A stretch of DNA of 63,266 nt, filler included, from Octopus bimaculoides (GCF_001194135.2; 8 parts of 8 records of this genome joined end to end with filler, not necessarily neighbours in it), one strand, 5' to 3'. Shown: positions 25,926 to 38,897, counted from the first letter of the whole stretch. Program-made: numbers and translations. Notes: generated by a model from the letters alone, not told the origin.

Positions 25926-26415
25926 CGAGAGAGTAACAGAGGCACAGACAATGAGAAAGAAGCATGCATGCACATATACATACATACATGCATACATACA
26001 TACATACATACATACATGCATGCATACATACATACATACAGATGCAGAGTGTGTGTGAGAGAGAAAGGGAGTAAAACGAAGAGAGAAAGAAACAGAAAAA
26101 AATGATATAATAAAGACAGACCATTAGAAAGGAAGCTACAGACAGAGAGAGAGTGGGGGGGGGGACAAAGAATAAGAGATAAATAAATGTATATAGAGAT
26201 AGATAAGTAGATAGATAAAGAGATATATAGACAGATAGAGAGATAGATAGGCAGGCGTATAAATAAACTGATAGACAGACAGACAGATAGGTAGGTAGAT
26301 GGATAGATAGTGATATAAATATAGTGAAAGAAACTGGTTTTCTTGAACCAAATTATCGACGAATGAGACTTTACTTTGAAATATGTCAATAAATAAATAA
26401 ACAATATTTCCTGTA

Positions 26416-26580
26416 ATAGGCGTAGGAGTGGCTGTGTGGTAAGTAGCTTGCTTACGAACCACATGGTTCCGGGTTCAATCCCACTGCGTGACACCTTCGG
26501 CAAGTGTCTTCTACTATAGCCTTGGGCCGACCAAAGCCTTGTGAGTGGATTTGGTAGAGGGAAACTGAAAGAAGCCCATC

Positions 26581-26618
<38 letters not shown>

Positions 26619-26830
26619 ATGTTTGCGTGTCTGTGTTTGTCCCCCCAACATCGCTTGACAACCGATGCTGGTGTGTTTACGTCCTTGTAACTTAGCGGTT
26701 CGGCAAAAGAGACCAATAGAATAAGTACTAGGCTTACAAAGAATAAGTCCTGGGGTCGATTTTCTCGACTAAAGGCGGTGCTCCAGCATGGCCGCAGTCA
26801 AAAGACTGAAACAAGTAAGAGTAGAGAGTA
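26416..26830 (+). mobile_element. SINE A, complete and gap-free (best reference copy)
   Basis: A-box-like TGGCTGTGTGGT, B-box GGTTCAATCCC, internal (TA)n(TG)n, and 3' tail. Confidence 0.93.
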
Positions 26831-27139
26831 AATTTCATAGAAATTTAGAATTATTTTCATCTTCTCTCTCACTCACATCACACTATACGGTACCATACTT
26901 TCTTATGCCAGACCACGTTATGTCATTGCATACAATACTAGACCACAGCATGCCATACCACTGCATACCACCCTGGGTCACACCATAACAGTGTATAACA
27001 CCATACAGTGTATACTACTACTCCCACATCATACTAAGTACACCAGCATTAAAAGATTAACATCGCCCTTTCAAAGCCTAGCCAGGCTCATGGGCCCAGT
27101 TTCCCAGCTTCTATGGCGTATGTGTTCCCCCCCCCCCAG

Positions 27140-27525
27140 CTGGATAGGACGCCAGTCCATCACAGCGTTACTCAAGAAATAGGAAGAAAGAGTGAGAGAT
27201 TGGAGCAATTTGAAATAAAGTGTCTTGCTTAAGGAAATAATGTGTCACCAGGAATTGAACTCACGACCTTATGATCATGAGCTGAATACCGTAACCCAGG
27301 GATCCCCTACCAGTGGTTCCCAACCCGGTGGGGTCGCAAAGCCTTGGCAGGGGGGTCATGTAGGCTTGGTAGATGTAGCTTGGGATAATATTAATTTCAT
27401 AAAATGTAAATTAAGCTGCTGATAGTAGGGGACGCATGGGTTTCAAGCTTTTGGGTAAAGGGTCACGAGTACCAACACTTTGGGAACCGCTGCCCTAACC
27501 ACTAAGCCATGTGCCTCCCTCCTAG
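27140..27525 (-). mobile_element. SINE E with a nested MITE
   Basis: GAAATAAAGTGTCTTGCT..GGAATTGAACTCACGACC..CTAACCACTAAGCCA. Confidence 0.75.
27297..27492. mobile_element. hAT (Charlie-like) MITE
   Basis: CAGTGGTTCCCAAC..TTTGGGAACCGCTG ends; 8-bp TSD CCGTAACC / CCCTAACC (7/8) at 27289-27296 and 27493-27500. Confidence 0.8.
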
Positions 27526-27699
27526 TGTAATATCATGTGGTATAATGAAATGCTGTGTGTTGTACTGTGTGGTATAGTATGGTCCAATACAGCATAAACG
27601 AAAAAAAAAGGATAAAAGTCTTTTCCTGAGTCATATAGACCCACAGGGCTGGTTTTCCAGGTTCACATGGTGCATATGTATCCCCCTCTGTGTGGGGAT

Positions 27700-28013
27700 T
27701 AATTAATGAGGTGAAATAGATACCAGTGAGCTGATACAAATAACCATGTGTTGAATCACATGGCAAAATGTTAACACAAAAGATAGTAATTTGACGTAAA
27801 TGGCAGTGCGTTGACACACATAGCAGTAAATTGACAGATATGACAGTGAGTGGGTACATATAAGCATAGATGAACACCCATGGCATTGAACTGACAGAAA
27901 TGACAGCTAGGTAGATAGCACAAATAACTGTGTTATCTCACATGATAAAATGTTGACACAAATGATAATAATTTGACATAAATGTCAGTAAATTGACAGA
28001 AATGACGGGGAGC

Positions 28014-28055
<42 letters not shown>

Positions 28056-28300
28056 CAGTAGATGGATACACGGCATTGAATTCACAGAAATGATAGTGAG
28101 CTTGTACATATAAGAGTAGATGGATACATATGACAGTAAATTGACTGAAATGATGGTTAGAGTGCATGAGTAACTATACGTTGACTGTCATGGCAGTGAA
28201 CTAACACAAACATAATTTGACACAAATAGCAATGGGATGACAGAAATGACAGTGAGCGAATGAGAGAGGGTTAACATCAATGACAGTTGTTTGACACAGA
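27700..28300. repeat. Degenerate minisatellite, core TTGACAGAAATGACAG
   Basis: Core recurs about 8 times; longer blocks TAGATG(G/A)A(T/C)AC..GGCATTGAA repeat at ~27868 and ~28059. Confidence 0.6.
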
Positions 28301-28609
28301 TAATGATGATAAGTTCACACACACAAAACTCCCCCCCCCCCCAAAAAAAAAACCCAGGGAATTAACACAGTTAAAGGTGAAACTACACAGACAGTAATGG
28401 ATTAACACAGACAATTGATTGTTAAGCTATCACAAGCAACAAAATGTCTTAATAGAGTATAATAGGATGCTTCTAACTTCTATGATTTAGTTTCAAATCA
28501 GCCTTGAATATTTTTGATAACTCCGAGTGATGGAACCAACGACATAAGTAATGTGCAATCATATGTATCGTGGCATTTATTCAGCCCACTACATCGTTCA
28601 TCTATCATC

Positions 28610-28860
28610 TATCATCGTCATTGCCATTGTCATTTTAACGTCCACTTTTCTGTGCTTGTACTGGGAGGACAGAGTTTGTTGTTGAGGCAACATTTTCTAT
28701 GGCTGGATGCACTTCCTGTCACCAATCCTCACTGCTACCAAGCAAGATAATATTTCTTCATGGCCAAACATGTATTTAAAAGAATATTAGAAATGAAAGA
28801 CACCGCTTGTATAACAGTGACACTCATTTACAAGTGATATGTGATGTCAAGACAAAGAAA
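28610..28860 (-). mobile_element. Old family-D-like retroposon
   Basis: CATTTTAACGTCCACTTTTC..GGCTGGATGCACTTCCTGTCACCAA. Confidence 0.55.
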
Positions 28861-28971
28861 CACAAATATACACACACATATATATACATACACAAACATA
28901 TATATATAGGTATGTATGCATGTGTATATTTAGATATATATGTATGTGTGTATATACACACAGACACACAG

Positions 28972-29006
<35 letters not shown>

Positions 29007-29214
29007 NNNNNNNNNNNNNNNNNNNNNNNNNNNNNNNNNNNNNNNNNNNNNNNNNNNNNNNNNNNNNNNNNNNNNNNNNNNNNNNNNNNNNNNNNNNNNN
29101 NNNNNNNNNNNNNNNNNNNNNNNNNNNNNNNNNNNNNNNNNNNNTATATAAACATATGCATATATCCATACACATATGTACATACCTACATCTATATGTA
29201 TACATACATGTATA

Positions 29215-29445
29215 TATGGGTACAGGACATCAAAAAAACGTTAAACACAATGAGAAACGGAAAACGAAAACAAAAAACAAATTTTTTCCGAACAACGAAA
29301 AAACAAACAAACAGAGAAATGAGACATGCAACATAAAGAGCATATCCCTTCGTCAGTTGTCCCTGTTCCATCTACTCCGCGTTTTGAAGGCAAGGACAAT
29401 ACGCGACTTCGTTGAAGCAGTCCTTCCTGCAAAGCAAATAAAATG
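29215..29445 (-). mobile_element. Penelope-like terminal-repeat fragment between (TA)n tracts
   Basis: Minus: GGAGTAGATGGAACAGGGACAACTGACGAAGGG, followed by a T-rich tail. Confidence 0.4.
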
Positions 29446-29499
29446 TATATATATATATATATATACTGTGTGTGTGAATGTGTGTATACATGCATACAC

Positions 29500-29675
29500 A
29501 CACATACACACACAAGCTTCTTTCAGTTATTTTTGTCCACAAAATCCTCTCACAAGGCTTTGCATGGCCCACACCTGTAGTAGATGATACTTGCCCCAGG
29601 TGTCCTGCAGTGGGACTGAACCCAAAAGCCATGCGATTGGGAAGCAAACTTCTCAACCACAGATCCACTCCTGCA
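29500..29675 (-). mobile_element. SINE A 5' half, degenerate
   Basis: ACTTGCCCCAGGTG..CAGTGGGACTGAACCC. Confidence 0.75.
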
Positions 29676-29929
29676 TCCCACCCAATGCCTTATAAATCCA
29701 ATCAGCAAGACACTTCGTGGCTTTGAACACCTTTGATTGATCAAGACTGATCTTGATTGAAACTCTAAGCAACAAGCGCAGAGGTACGTTAAGGAATTCC
29801 AGAGGGCCAACATTTTGAGAGAAGGACAGGGTGTTGTGTATAGCATAGTATGAAACCTGAGTTGGGATGGTGTGGGGGATGCAGTACGGGTGATGAGAGG
29901 TGAGATGAGATGGAGTTTACAAGATGGCA

Positions 29930-30696
29930 CGAGACCAGCCAGCCAACCAGCGAGTCATCACCAGCACTGTTACCATTTATAACACCCCCCTGACAACCAC
30001 CTACACCATCTCCAATACCACCACCACCAACACCATCATCAGCACCACCAGCATCACTACAAGACACTGCCACTACAGCATGTACACTACTACCATCAAT
30101 CACTCAGACACACAACCATCATCACCACCACTATATACACTACCACCAGCACCACCAATATGACCACCACCACCACCACCACCACTACAAATACTGCCTC
30201 TGTACACATCAGCACCAGTACCACCACCGTCACTGCCACCACAGCTGCAAACACTATCCCTACATACACTACTATAACCACCACCACCACTACAAACACT
30301 GCTTCTGTACACACCAGCACCAGCACCGCCACCANNNNNNNNNNNNNNNNNNNNNNNNNNNNNNNNNNNNNNNNNNNNNNNNNNNNNNNNNNNNNNNNNN
30401 NNNNNNNNNNNNNNNNNNNNNNNNNNNNNNNNNNNNNNNNNNNNNNNNNNNNNNNNNNNNNNNNNNNNNNNNNNNNNNNNNNNNNNNNNNNNNNNNNNNN
30501 NNNNNNNNNNNNNNNNNNNNNNNNNNNNNNNNNNNNNNNNNNNNNNNNNNNNNNNNNNNNNNNNNNNNNNNNNNNNNNNNNNNNNNNNNNNNNNNNNNNN
30601 NNNNNNNNNNNNNNNNNNNNNNNNNNNNNNNNNNNNNNNNNNNNNNNNNNNNNNNNNNNNNNNNNNNNNNNNNNNNNNNNNNNNNNNNNNNNNNNN

Positions 30697-30727
<31 letters not shown>

Positions 30728-30745
30728 CAACTATCACCAGCAGCA
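29930..30745. repeat. ACC-rich degenerate minisatellite (contains a gap)
   Basis: (ACC)n variants; a ~55-nt block CCACCACCACTACAAA(T/C)ACTGC(C/T)TCTGTACAC occurs twice. Confidence 0.85.
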
Positions 30746-31025
30746 ATGTCCTCCAGTTCATGAAAGCAAAACTATAAATATAAACACAACAAAAGGAAAA
30801 AACAAAAAAAAGCTAAAAGAAGGTAACAATAATCTATGCTCACCCACCACCACCAACACCACCGCCACCACCACTACCAGGTAATTATCTTTTGCTTCCA
30901 CCACCACACACCTTCCCACCATCATCCCTCAATCCTTTCTCACCACAGTCTGTATAATTGCAGGTTAAAGTCATCAGCATCCACCTGCCCACCTGCGTAT
31001 CAGGTACTAATTGTAGAAAGCAGAA

Positions 31026-31072
<47 letters not shown>

Positions 31073-31272
31073 GCACGCTTATATGTGTACACACACGTAC
31101 TCACATACATACAAACATTAATACACACCTTTTATATTTCCGATATTGTGCATTTATTTATGTGTATGTATGCTTATATGGATGTGTGTATGTGAATGAG
31201 TATATATGTGTCTTTATCTGTATATGTATTATGTATGTATGCATTATCATTAACATCCAAGTTTCATGGTGC

Positions 31273-31303
<31 letters not shown>

Positions 31304-31388
31304 GCATATATAAATATATATATATGCATATCTATGCATATCTATCTATATATATATATATATATATAGGCATATATACATATGTATT

Positions 31389-31424
<36 letters not shown>

Positions 31425-31959
31425 TATACACACAAATATATATATGCATAAATATATACATATATATATTCATTTATAAATAGAAGGGAAAACATGGTCC
31501 AAGAATTCTAATGGAATGCATGCATTAATTTGAAACTGTGGATTTCTCGTATGGTTACTTTGAGTTTCCATTCATAAATGTACAGAATGCAATCTCTCTC
31601 TCACACGCGCGCGCGCGCGCGTTGGCTTTTACCTCCTTGCGGCAATGTAAACTTTCATTTAATCAAAAACTCCTTGGCCTCAAGACTAACCTGCGGTGTA
31701 CATCTCGCTTGGTTCTTCACCACTTCTGAGGTTCCGTTCGCTATGAAACATATGTAGCCTGAATCTTATCTACTCCATTCTGTAACTCTTGTATTCTTAT
31801 TCAAACACCCAGCAACCTTGATCGATTACCGTGAAATATAAAAAGAACTTTTTTCAGTTTAGCATATTTCAATACGAAAAAAATCCACAACCTTCCATGT
31901 CAATAAACTATTATTTTTCCCTGAAAGTTATTTTCTATATTTACTAGAGATTGCTTGAA

Positions 31960-32180
31960 GCTACCTTTCTTCCTACACCTCGATAATATATTCACCATGA
32001 TAGATCGCTAGTCACTACACATTCTTTATTTTCTCTCCTTGTTTCTTTCTGTGGAAGAGCGTAGGCTCGAAACGTTAAAGACTTTTTCACTTCCCAAGCA
32101 TTATACTAATACATCTGTTTGTTGTCTACACCACCTGTCTTCGTCTTTTGTTTTTTGGGGGGGAATTCTCCCCTATATAT
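31960..32180 (+). mobile_element. Penelope-like terminal repeat with a hammerhead-like motif
   Basis: TCTTT-CTGTGGAA-GAGC(GTAG)GCTC-GAAA-CGTT-AAAGA; ends at (TA)n. Confidence 0.6.
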
Positions 32181-32874
32181 ATNNNNNNNNNNNNNNNNNN
32201 NNNNNNNNNNNNNNNNNNNNNNNNNNTTAATTAATTAANNNNNNNNNNNNNNNNNNNNNNNNNNNNNNNNNNNNNNNNNNNNATATATATAAGGTGCATT
32301 AAATAATCATCGCATTCCAATTCTTTTAATTTGACAATGATTAGCAGACGAGCGACTATCTTCTGATACAGACACAACACAGGCTCTGCTTTCAGGTTTT
32401 TGGGATAAACTTTTCAGAAATAACCCAATAAATTTACCAGTAATTCCGTGAAATATTCACGGGTCCCGCTAGTGTATATTATTTCTCCAAATGCTACATA
32501 GTCTCGGGGTTTTAGTTTACCTCGTTACACAACGTTTTGGGTGGAAAAAGTATTTTATTTCCTTCGCGTCTCTTCCGGTTTAATATATTCCTTTACTCAT
32601 GTGTATTACTGTTATTTTCGTTTAGCTCATTAAAACAGGATTTAAGCGTGTATTTATATATTTATGAGTATTGATATCGTTAAAATGTAATGAATTCAAT
32701 GTTTTTGTTTACGGTTGCACTAATTTTTGAACAGATGTTCTTGTAACTCTGCCAGTTTTCTCTCAGTACACACACATACACACACTCCCTCTCTCTCACA
32801 CATACATACATGCGTACATACATGCGTACATACATGCATACATACATACATATATGAATGCATGCATACATTCA

Positions 32875-32912
<38 letters not shown>

Positions 32913-32924
32913 CGTACATTTTCA

Positions 32925-33221
32925 TTTTCTCTTCTACTTGTTTCAGTCATCAGACTGGAACCATGCTGGGGCACCGCCTTGAAGGAGTTTAGTTGAACGA
33001 ATCGACCCCAGTACCGGTCTTTCATTTGTCAAACCGCTAACTTATGGGGACGTAAACACACCAATACTGTCTGTCAAGCGACGGGACGAGCTTCCTTCAG
33101 TTTCCATCTACCAAATCCGCTCACAAAGCCTTGTACGGCGTAAGGCTATAGTAGAAGACACTTGCCCCAGGTGCCATGCGATGGGACTGAACCCAAGCCA
33201 ACTTCTTACCACACAGCCACG

Positions 33222-33258
<37 letters not shown>

Positions 33259-33642
33259 TTTTATTATTTCAGTCATTTGACTGCGGCCATGCTGGAGTAC
33301 CACCTGTACTCGAACAAATGGAACCCAGGACTTATTCTTTGTAAGCCTAGTACTTATTCTATTGGTCTCTTTTGCCGAACCACTAAGTTACGTGGACGTA
33401 AACACACCAGCATCGGTTGTCAGGCGATGCTGGGGGAACAAACATACACACAAACACACACACACACTCACATATACGACAGGCTTCTTTCAGTTTCCGT
33501 CTACTAAATCTACCCACAAGGCTTTGATCGGTCCGAGGCTATAGTAGAAGACACTTGCCCAAGGTGCCACGCAGTGGGACTGAACTCGGAACCATGTGGT
33601 TGGTGAGCAAGCTACTTACCACACAGCTACTCCTACGCCTAT
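32925..33642 (-). mobile_element. Two tandem SINE A copies (32925-33225, 33262-33642)
   Basis: Two head-to-tail copies separated by (TA)n. Confidence 0.9.
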
Positions 33643-34274
33643 GTGTGTATGTATGTAGGTATGTATGTATGTAGTTATGTATGTATTAAGGCAATTTCTC
33701 TTGGCACCTAGTACTCATGAGGCCGATTACCCATATAAATGACGGAGATCAGAACATTACCCTGACATGTATGTTGGTCCGTTGCAGCGTTCAAGGCCAG
33801 TAATTTTGAGGAGGGTGCGCAACTCTATATCATCGACCGCAGTACGTGACTGGTAGTTTGTTTTATCGACCCTAACATGCAAGTAAGATTTTAACGAGGA
33901 ATTACTGTAAATAAACTTAATTATTTCAAACACATTGCTTGTATTATTTCTTACAGAGATAACAGATAAAAAAAACTGTTACTTCTGGAACAAATAATAT
34001 AAGCAATGTGTTTGAAATAATTAAGTTGACTTAGTGTAATTCTTCATTCAATAAATTGGCCAACGATTTAGTGTTGTACGATTATCTTTCGAGCAATGCC
34101 GGATATCCGTCTAGTATAATCTGTTTGACAATGAAGGGTGAGTATCCGATGTAATCTGAGATGCTAATCCAACTATATCCGAAAATTAAGATGTGGGCAG
34201 GCTGGAAGGTTCGCATGAGCATTCGATAATAAAGCTAAAACAAAAAAATGGCACACATGTGATCCGAAGAAGGA

Positions 34275-35130
34275 CTATTTCCGAAATGTTATAACTGTTC
34301 TAAGACACAACCCTGTTTCACATTATTTGTGACAGAAAATAACACAAATATGTCTCCAATGTTCTTGACACTTGCCAGCATACCATCAGGAAATTGACGC
34401 ACCTCATGTCCTAATATGGGTGGAGAACCATATTTGGCAAGGACTCTCTTCAGATCACCAAGACCCACTGTATCAAAAGCTTTTGTAGGATCAACACAGG
34501 TTATATACAAGACCTGATTCTGCTCAGGCACTTTTTCTTAGATCTGTCATAATTTTAAAGATTATATCAATAGTCGCTTTTCACAACGAAAGCCATATTG
34601 ACTTTCTAGCAGGAAATTGTTAGTGATGAGTTGGTAAATGAGGTGATCGACATCAGGGAAATGTCTCTATGACTGTCACATGACTGTCGGTAATCTTTGC
34701 CTTTATACAAGTGAAGGATTGTAGCCTCAGTGAATAATTGGGTACTTGGGAATGGTCTCTGTTAATCAAATCAAGCAACATCAGCTCAGTTTCTTTTTTT
34801 TTTTTTCAATAAGCGTTTCACAACCATAGACATATGTTTCAACAGGAATTCAATGTACACCTGGTGCTTTATAAAAGAATAGTGACCTTATAACATCACT
34901 GGTTTCGAAAGAGTTTGGAGCTTGAACAAGAGCTGTGCTGATGGGGGTCTGCTCCAGCCTCTCAGTAGATTCCTCATCTATGTTGAATGCTCTATTCAGA
35001 ACATTTTGAAGGTCTTTAGCCTATCTTTCACATATTGCTGTGAGAAGGGGAAACCCACCCAAGCTGGTCCATAAACTGCACGAAGGCTTTCAAAATGAAT
35101 TCATGCCTTATTTTTGTCTTAGTCAACAGA
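34275..35130 (-). pseudogene. RTE (BovB-like) LINE ORF2 reverse-transcriptase remnant
   Basis: Minus, several frames: LRAVYGP..NVLNRAFNIDEESTERLEQTP..APGVH*IPVE..ATILHLYKGK..ESQYGFR..EQNQVLYITCVDPTKAFDTV..RQFPDGM..VTNNVKQGCVL. Confidence 0.88.
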
Positions 35131-35254
35131 TGGGGGCTACGTGATTTCTGGCTAAAAGACATGCACAGAGGATTTGGTTAGAACGACCTACCTACACAAA
35201 TGATTTGTTGATAGTAGTCAAATGTTTGTACTGGACGTTAGGTCAAGCCTTGGC

Positions 35255-35762
35255 TACTATCTGTACAAGTGCACGGTATGCCACACGTCAGCTATCGAAG
35301 TGATCTCAGAGCAACGTGAAATGAAGTGCTATTCTCGATAGCACAACGATCGCAAGATCGTAGGTTCGATTTCCGGGCAGGGAATCGAACCCACGATCTC
35401 GCGATCGTGAGTGCCACATCACTTGACTACATATATCTGCAAGTGAATGCCAGTGTGTACAGACAAAACTACACAGACATATACAAACACATGTCTTGAG
35501 GACTCGGCTAGCTTAGACGATAGATGAGGTTTTCGTAACTTCTTGCTAACCAACCTGATTTGTTTATAGTGATCCGATGTATGTGATGCACATTAGCCTC
35601 ACTCTCTCTATCAAATCGACGTTGCCTGGCCAGGTGCACCACGTGATCGCAGAACAACGTGAGATGAAATGTTTTGTTTAAGAACACAACGCATCGTCTG
35701 CTCCTGAAATCGAAACTACGATCTCGTCAGTCAAAGTACTCTAACTACTAAACCACGTACCT
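35255..35762 (-). mobile_element. Two degenerate SINE E copies (35255-35420, 35600-35762)
   Basis: CAGAGCAACGTGAAATGAAG..CACAACG..AATCGAA cores. Confidence 0.65.
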
Positions 35763-35989
35763 CACATGTTGGGAACATATGCATTTTTAACTGTAGCATA
35801 TTTATTCGTCTTTTCAAGTGAAATTCTCAGAGACATGATATTTTTACTTATCACATTAGGAACAAATTCCAACTGCGCAGCGACAGAATTAAACGTGCAA
35901 AGCAAACAACGCCTTCTCTGATTCCTGTTTTTTCTTCGCCCTTCAGCGAAGGACAACATTTAGCTTGAACTGCAAAGAGAGAGGGGGCA

Positions 35990-36235
35990 AAGAGAGAGAG
36001 AGAGAGAGACACAGAGACAGAGACAGATTAAAAGAGAGAGACAAACAAAAAGAGAGAGACAAACAAAAAGAGAGAGACAAAAAAAAGAGAGAGACAAACA
36101 AAAAGAGAGAGACAAACAAAAAGAGAGAGACAAACAAAAAGAGAGAGACAAACAAAAAGAGAGAGACAAACAAAAAGAGAGAGACAAACAAAAAGAGAGA
36201 GACAGAGGCAAAGAGAGAGATAAACAAAGATTTGC

Positions 36236-36270
<35 letters not shown>
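35990..36270. repeat. 18-bp minisatellite AGAGAGAGACAAACAAAA (~9 copies) plus (TAG)n
   Basis: Gives the KRETNK repeat in ORF 35965-36273. Confidence 0.95.
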
Positions 36271-36530
36271 TGAATGAATGCTCTCTTTCTCTTTTTAATT
36301 TAGGGTTAATTTTGATCGGTCACCTAATTTGTACCAAGGTCATAAAAGAAAGCATCTTGTTTTAACCGCCATCCCTTAAATCTTAAGGTCAATCTTATGT
36401 CATTATTCAGTTTATTTCAAGATTTCTTGCCAATAGAGAAAGAACCGGTTTCTAACCTAGATCCAAGGCTCCTTCATTGGAATTTCAAAAGCATCATCAG
36501 GGTATTTTTGCATGTATGTATATGTTCAGT

Positions 36531-36920
36531 GCGGAGGCGCAATGGCCCAGTGGTTAGGGCAGCGGACTCGCGGTCATAGAATCACGGTTTCGATTCCCAG
36601 ACCGGGCGTTGTGAGTGTTTATTGAGCAAAAACACCTAAAGTTCCACGAGGCTCCGGCAGGGGATGGTGGCGAACCCTGCTGTACTCTTTCACCACAACT
36701 TTCTCTCACTCTTACTTCCTGTTTCTGTTGTGCCTGTAATTCAAAGGGTCAGCCTTGTCACACTCTGTGTCACGCTGAATATCCCCCGAGAACTACGTTA
36801 AGGGTACACGTGTCTGTGGATTGCTGAGCCACTTGCACGTTAATTTCACGAGCAGCCTGTTCCGTTGATCGTATCAACCGGAACCCTCGTCGTCGTAAGC
36901 GACGGAGTGCCAACAACAAC
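36531..36920 (+). mobile_element. SINE B inserted in the 3' region of an RLE element
   Basis: TSD ATATGT(T/A)CAGT at 36520-36530 and 36921-36931. Confidence 0.93.
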
Positions 36921-37029
36921 ATATGTACAGTATTTGAAGTCAGTGCATGTACAGGTTTGTATGTTCTGTTCTATGTACGTCTTCTCATGCATGTATTTGC
37001 ACCTCTAAACATGCGCATATATACCTAAA

Positions 37030-37295
37030 CGATACACTTCTGAAAACTTTTACCAATTTTTAGTTCCAGTGATGGCTTGGAGCTGTAGTCTTTGAATCAG
37101 TTTTCGTCTTTCTGGTTTTGAGAGGTCTAATTTCTCACGATTGGTACTTAGGTTGTGTGTTACATATCCCAGTGTCCCAAGAGTTATAGGTATAAACCTG
37201 AACTTGTAATCTGGATAGAGTAACTGTAGATTTCTCAATAGTTCAGCACAGGTTTTTTTATAGTTTTTGCTGATCTTTAGCTTAATGTTAACATC
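37030..37295 (-). mobile_element. RLE-type non-LTR element C-terminus, distinct family
   Basis: VDVNIKLKISKNYKKTCAELLRNLQLLYPDYKFRFIPITLGTLGYVTHNL...LIQRLQLQAITGT; 5' end abuts (TACA)n. Confidence 0.75.
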
Positions 37296-37489
37296 CACTG
37301 TACGTATGTATATATGTACGTATGTATGTATGTACGTATGTATGTATGTATGTATGTATGCGTATGCATAGGTTAGCGCGCGCGTGAGTGTGTGTGTGAG
37401 TGTAGGTATGCATGTGTGCGTGTGTGAATGTATGTTTGCTTGCATGCATGTATGTGTGCATATATGTATGTATATTGATAAGTAGGTAG

Positions 37490-37556
37490 GTAGGGAGGGA
37501 GAGAGAGAAGTAAGTAGATTTGAATGTAGAGAGAAAGGGAGAGTTAGAGACGGAGA

Positions 37557-37588
<32 letters not shown>

Positions 37589-37840
37589 AAGGGAGAGAGA
37601 GGAAGAAAGAGGGAGAGGGAGAGGGAGAGAGAGAAAAAGAGAGAGAAAGACAGTGAGAAAAAGAAAGAGAGAGAGAAAGAGAGAGAAAGAAAGAGAGAGA
37701 AAGAGAGAGATAAAGAGAGTGAGAAAGAGACAGAGAAAGAGAAAGCGAAAGAGAGAAAGAGAAGAGAGAGAGGGAGAAACAGAAAAGAGAGAGACAAAGA
37801 GAGTGAGAAAGAGACAAAGAAAAAGAAAGAGAAAGAGAAA
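37490..37840. repeat. Degenerate (GA/GAAA)n tract
   Basis: Read directly; explains the R/E/K-rich ORFs. Confidence 0.95.
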
Positions 37841-38805
37841 GATGTCGGTGTATATACGTCCCCGATGGATTCGATTCATTCGACTAAAATTCTTGAAGCA
37901 TGGCCGCAGTCTTCTAACTGCAACAAGTAAACAATAAAAGATGAAAAATACATACATGCTTACATACATGCACACATACATACATACATACANNNNNNNN
38001 NNNNNNNNNNNNNNNNNNNNNNNNNNNNNNNNNNNNNNNNNNNNNNNNNNNNNNNNNNNNNNNNNNNNNNNNNNNNNNNNNNNNNNNNNNNNNNNNNNNN
38101 NNNNNNNNNNNNNNNNNNNNNNNNNNNNNNNNNNNNNNNNNNNNNNNNNNNNNNNNNNNNNNNNNNNNNNNNNNNNNNNNNNNNNNNNNNNNNNNNNNNN
38201 NNNNNNNNNNNNNNNNNNNNNNNNNNNNNNNNNNNNNNNNNNNNNNNNNNNNNNNNNNNNNNNNNNNNNNNNNNNNNNNNNNNNNNNNNNNNNNNNNNNN
38301 NNNNNNNNNNNNNNNNNNNNNNNNNNNNNNNNNNNNNNNNNNNNNNNNNNNNNNNNNNNNNNNNNNNNNNNNNNNNNNNNNNNNNNNNNNNNNNNNNNNN
38401 NNNNNNNNNNNNNNNNNNNNNNNNNNNNNNNNNNNNNNNNNNNNNNNNNNNNNNNNNNNNNNNNNNNNNNNNNNNNNNAGTTCGAAATCCCAGTGATACG
38501 GATATGTCTGACTTTTTCAATTTTTGATTATTTCAGTCATTGGTACGGGGTCTTAGGGTTTTTACTCATTTGCTCGCTTTCACCTTTGTGTTTAAGTGAA
38601 AAATGGTGGTTTGGTCATTTTGACTGCTATATTTAGCATGCCGGTACTGCCTGTCAGTACCCTTAATTATTAATTGATAAGTTTTTACGTTGTAGGTTTT
38701 TTTTGTACGTATGGTAAGCCACTGATATTATTATAAACAATAATATCCTCATATATATATATATAAAGAAATGGAGTTAAACGAAAGTGATATTCAAATC
38801 TTTAT

Positions 38806-38897
38806 ACTTTCGACATATGTTTCGAAGAAAATATTGGTATTATTCCGGAGGTAATAAAATGATGTAAAACAATGCGATCTTCTCATCAGGAGAAAAA
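38806..38897 (-). ncRNA. Type I minimal hammerhead ribozyme candidate within a Penelope-like terminal region (38760-39110)
   Basis: Minus: CUGAUGA (38889-38883), helix II GAAGA/UCUUC, GAAA (38823-38820), palindromic helix III ACAUAUGU, cleavage triplet GUC (38814-38812); helix I weak. Confidence 0.6.

Noticed and set aside
31725-31765. GAAACATATGTA palindromic helix-III-like motif
   Set aside because: The upstream core reads CTGAGGT with no helix II; at most a decayed relic.
35990-36230. Regularly spaced short repeats resembling a CRISPR array (also the 52.7-53.8 kb array)
   Set aside because: Pure tandem repeats without unique spacers, no cas genes, and a eukaryotic context.
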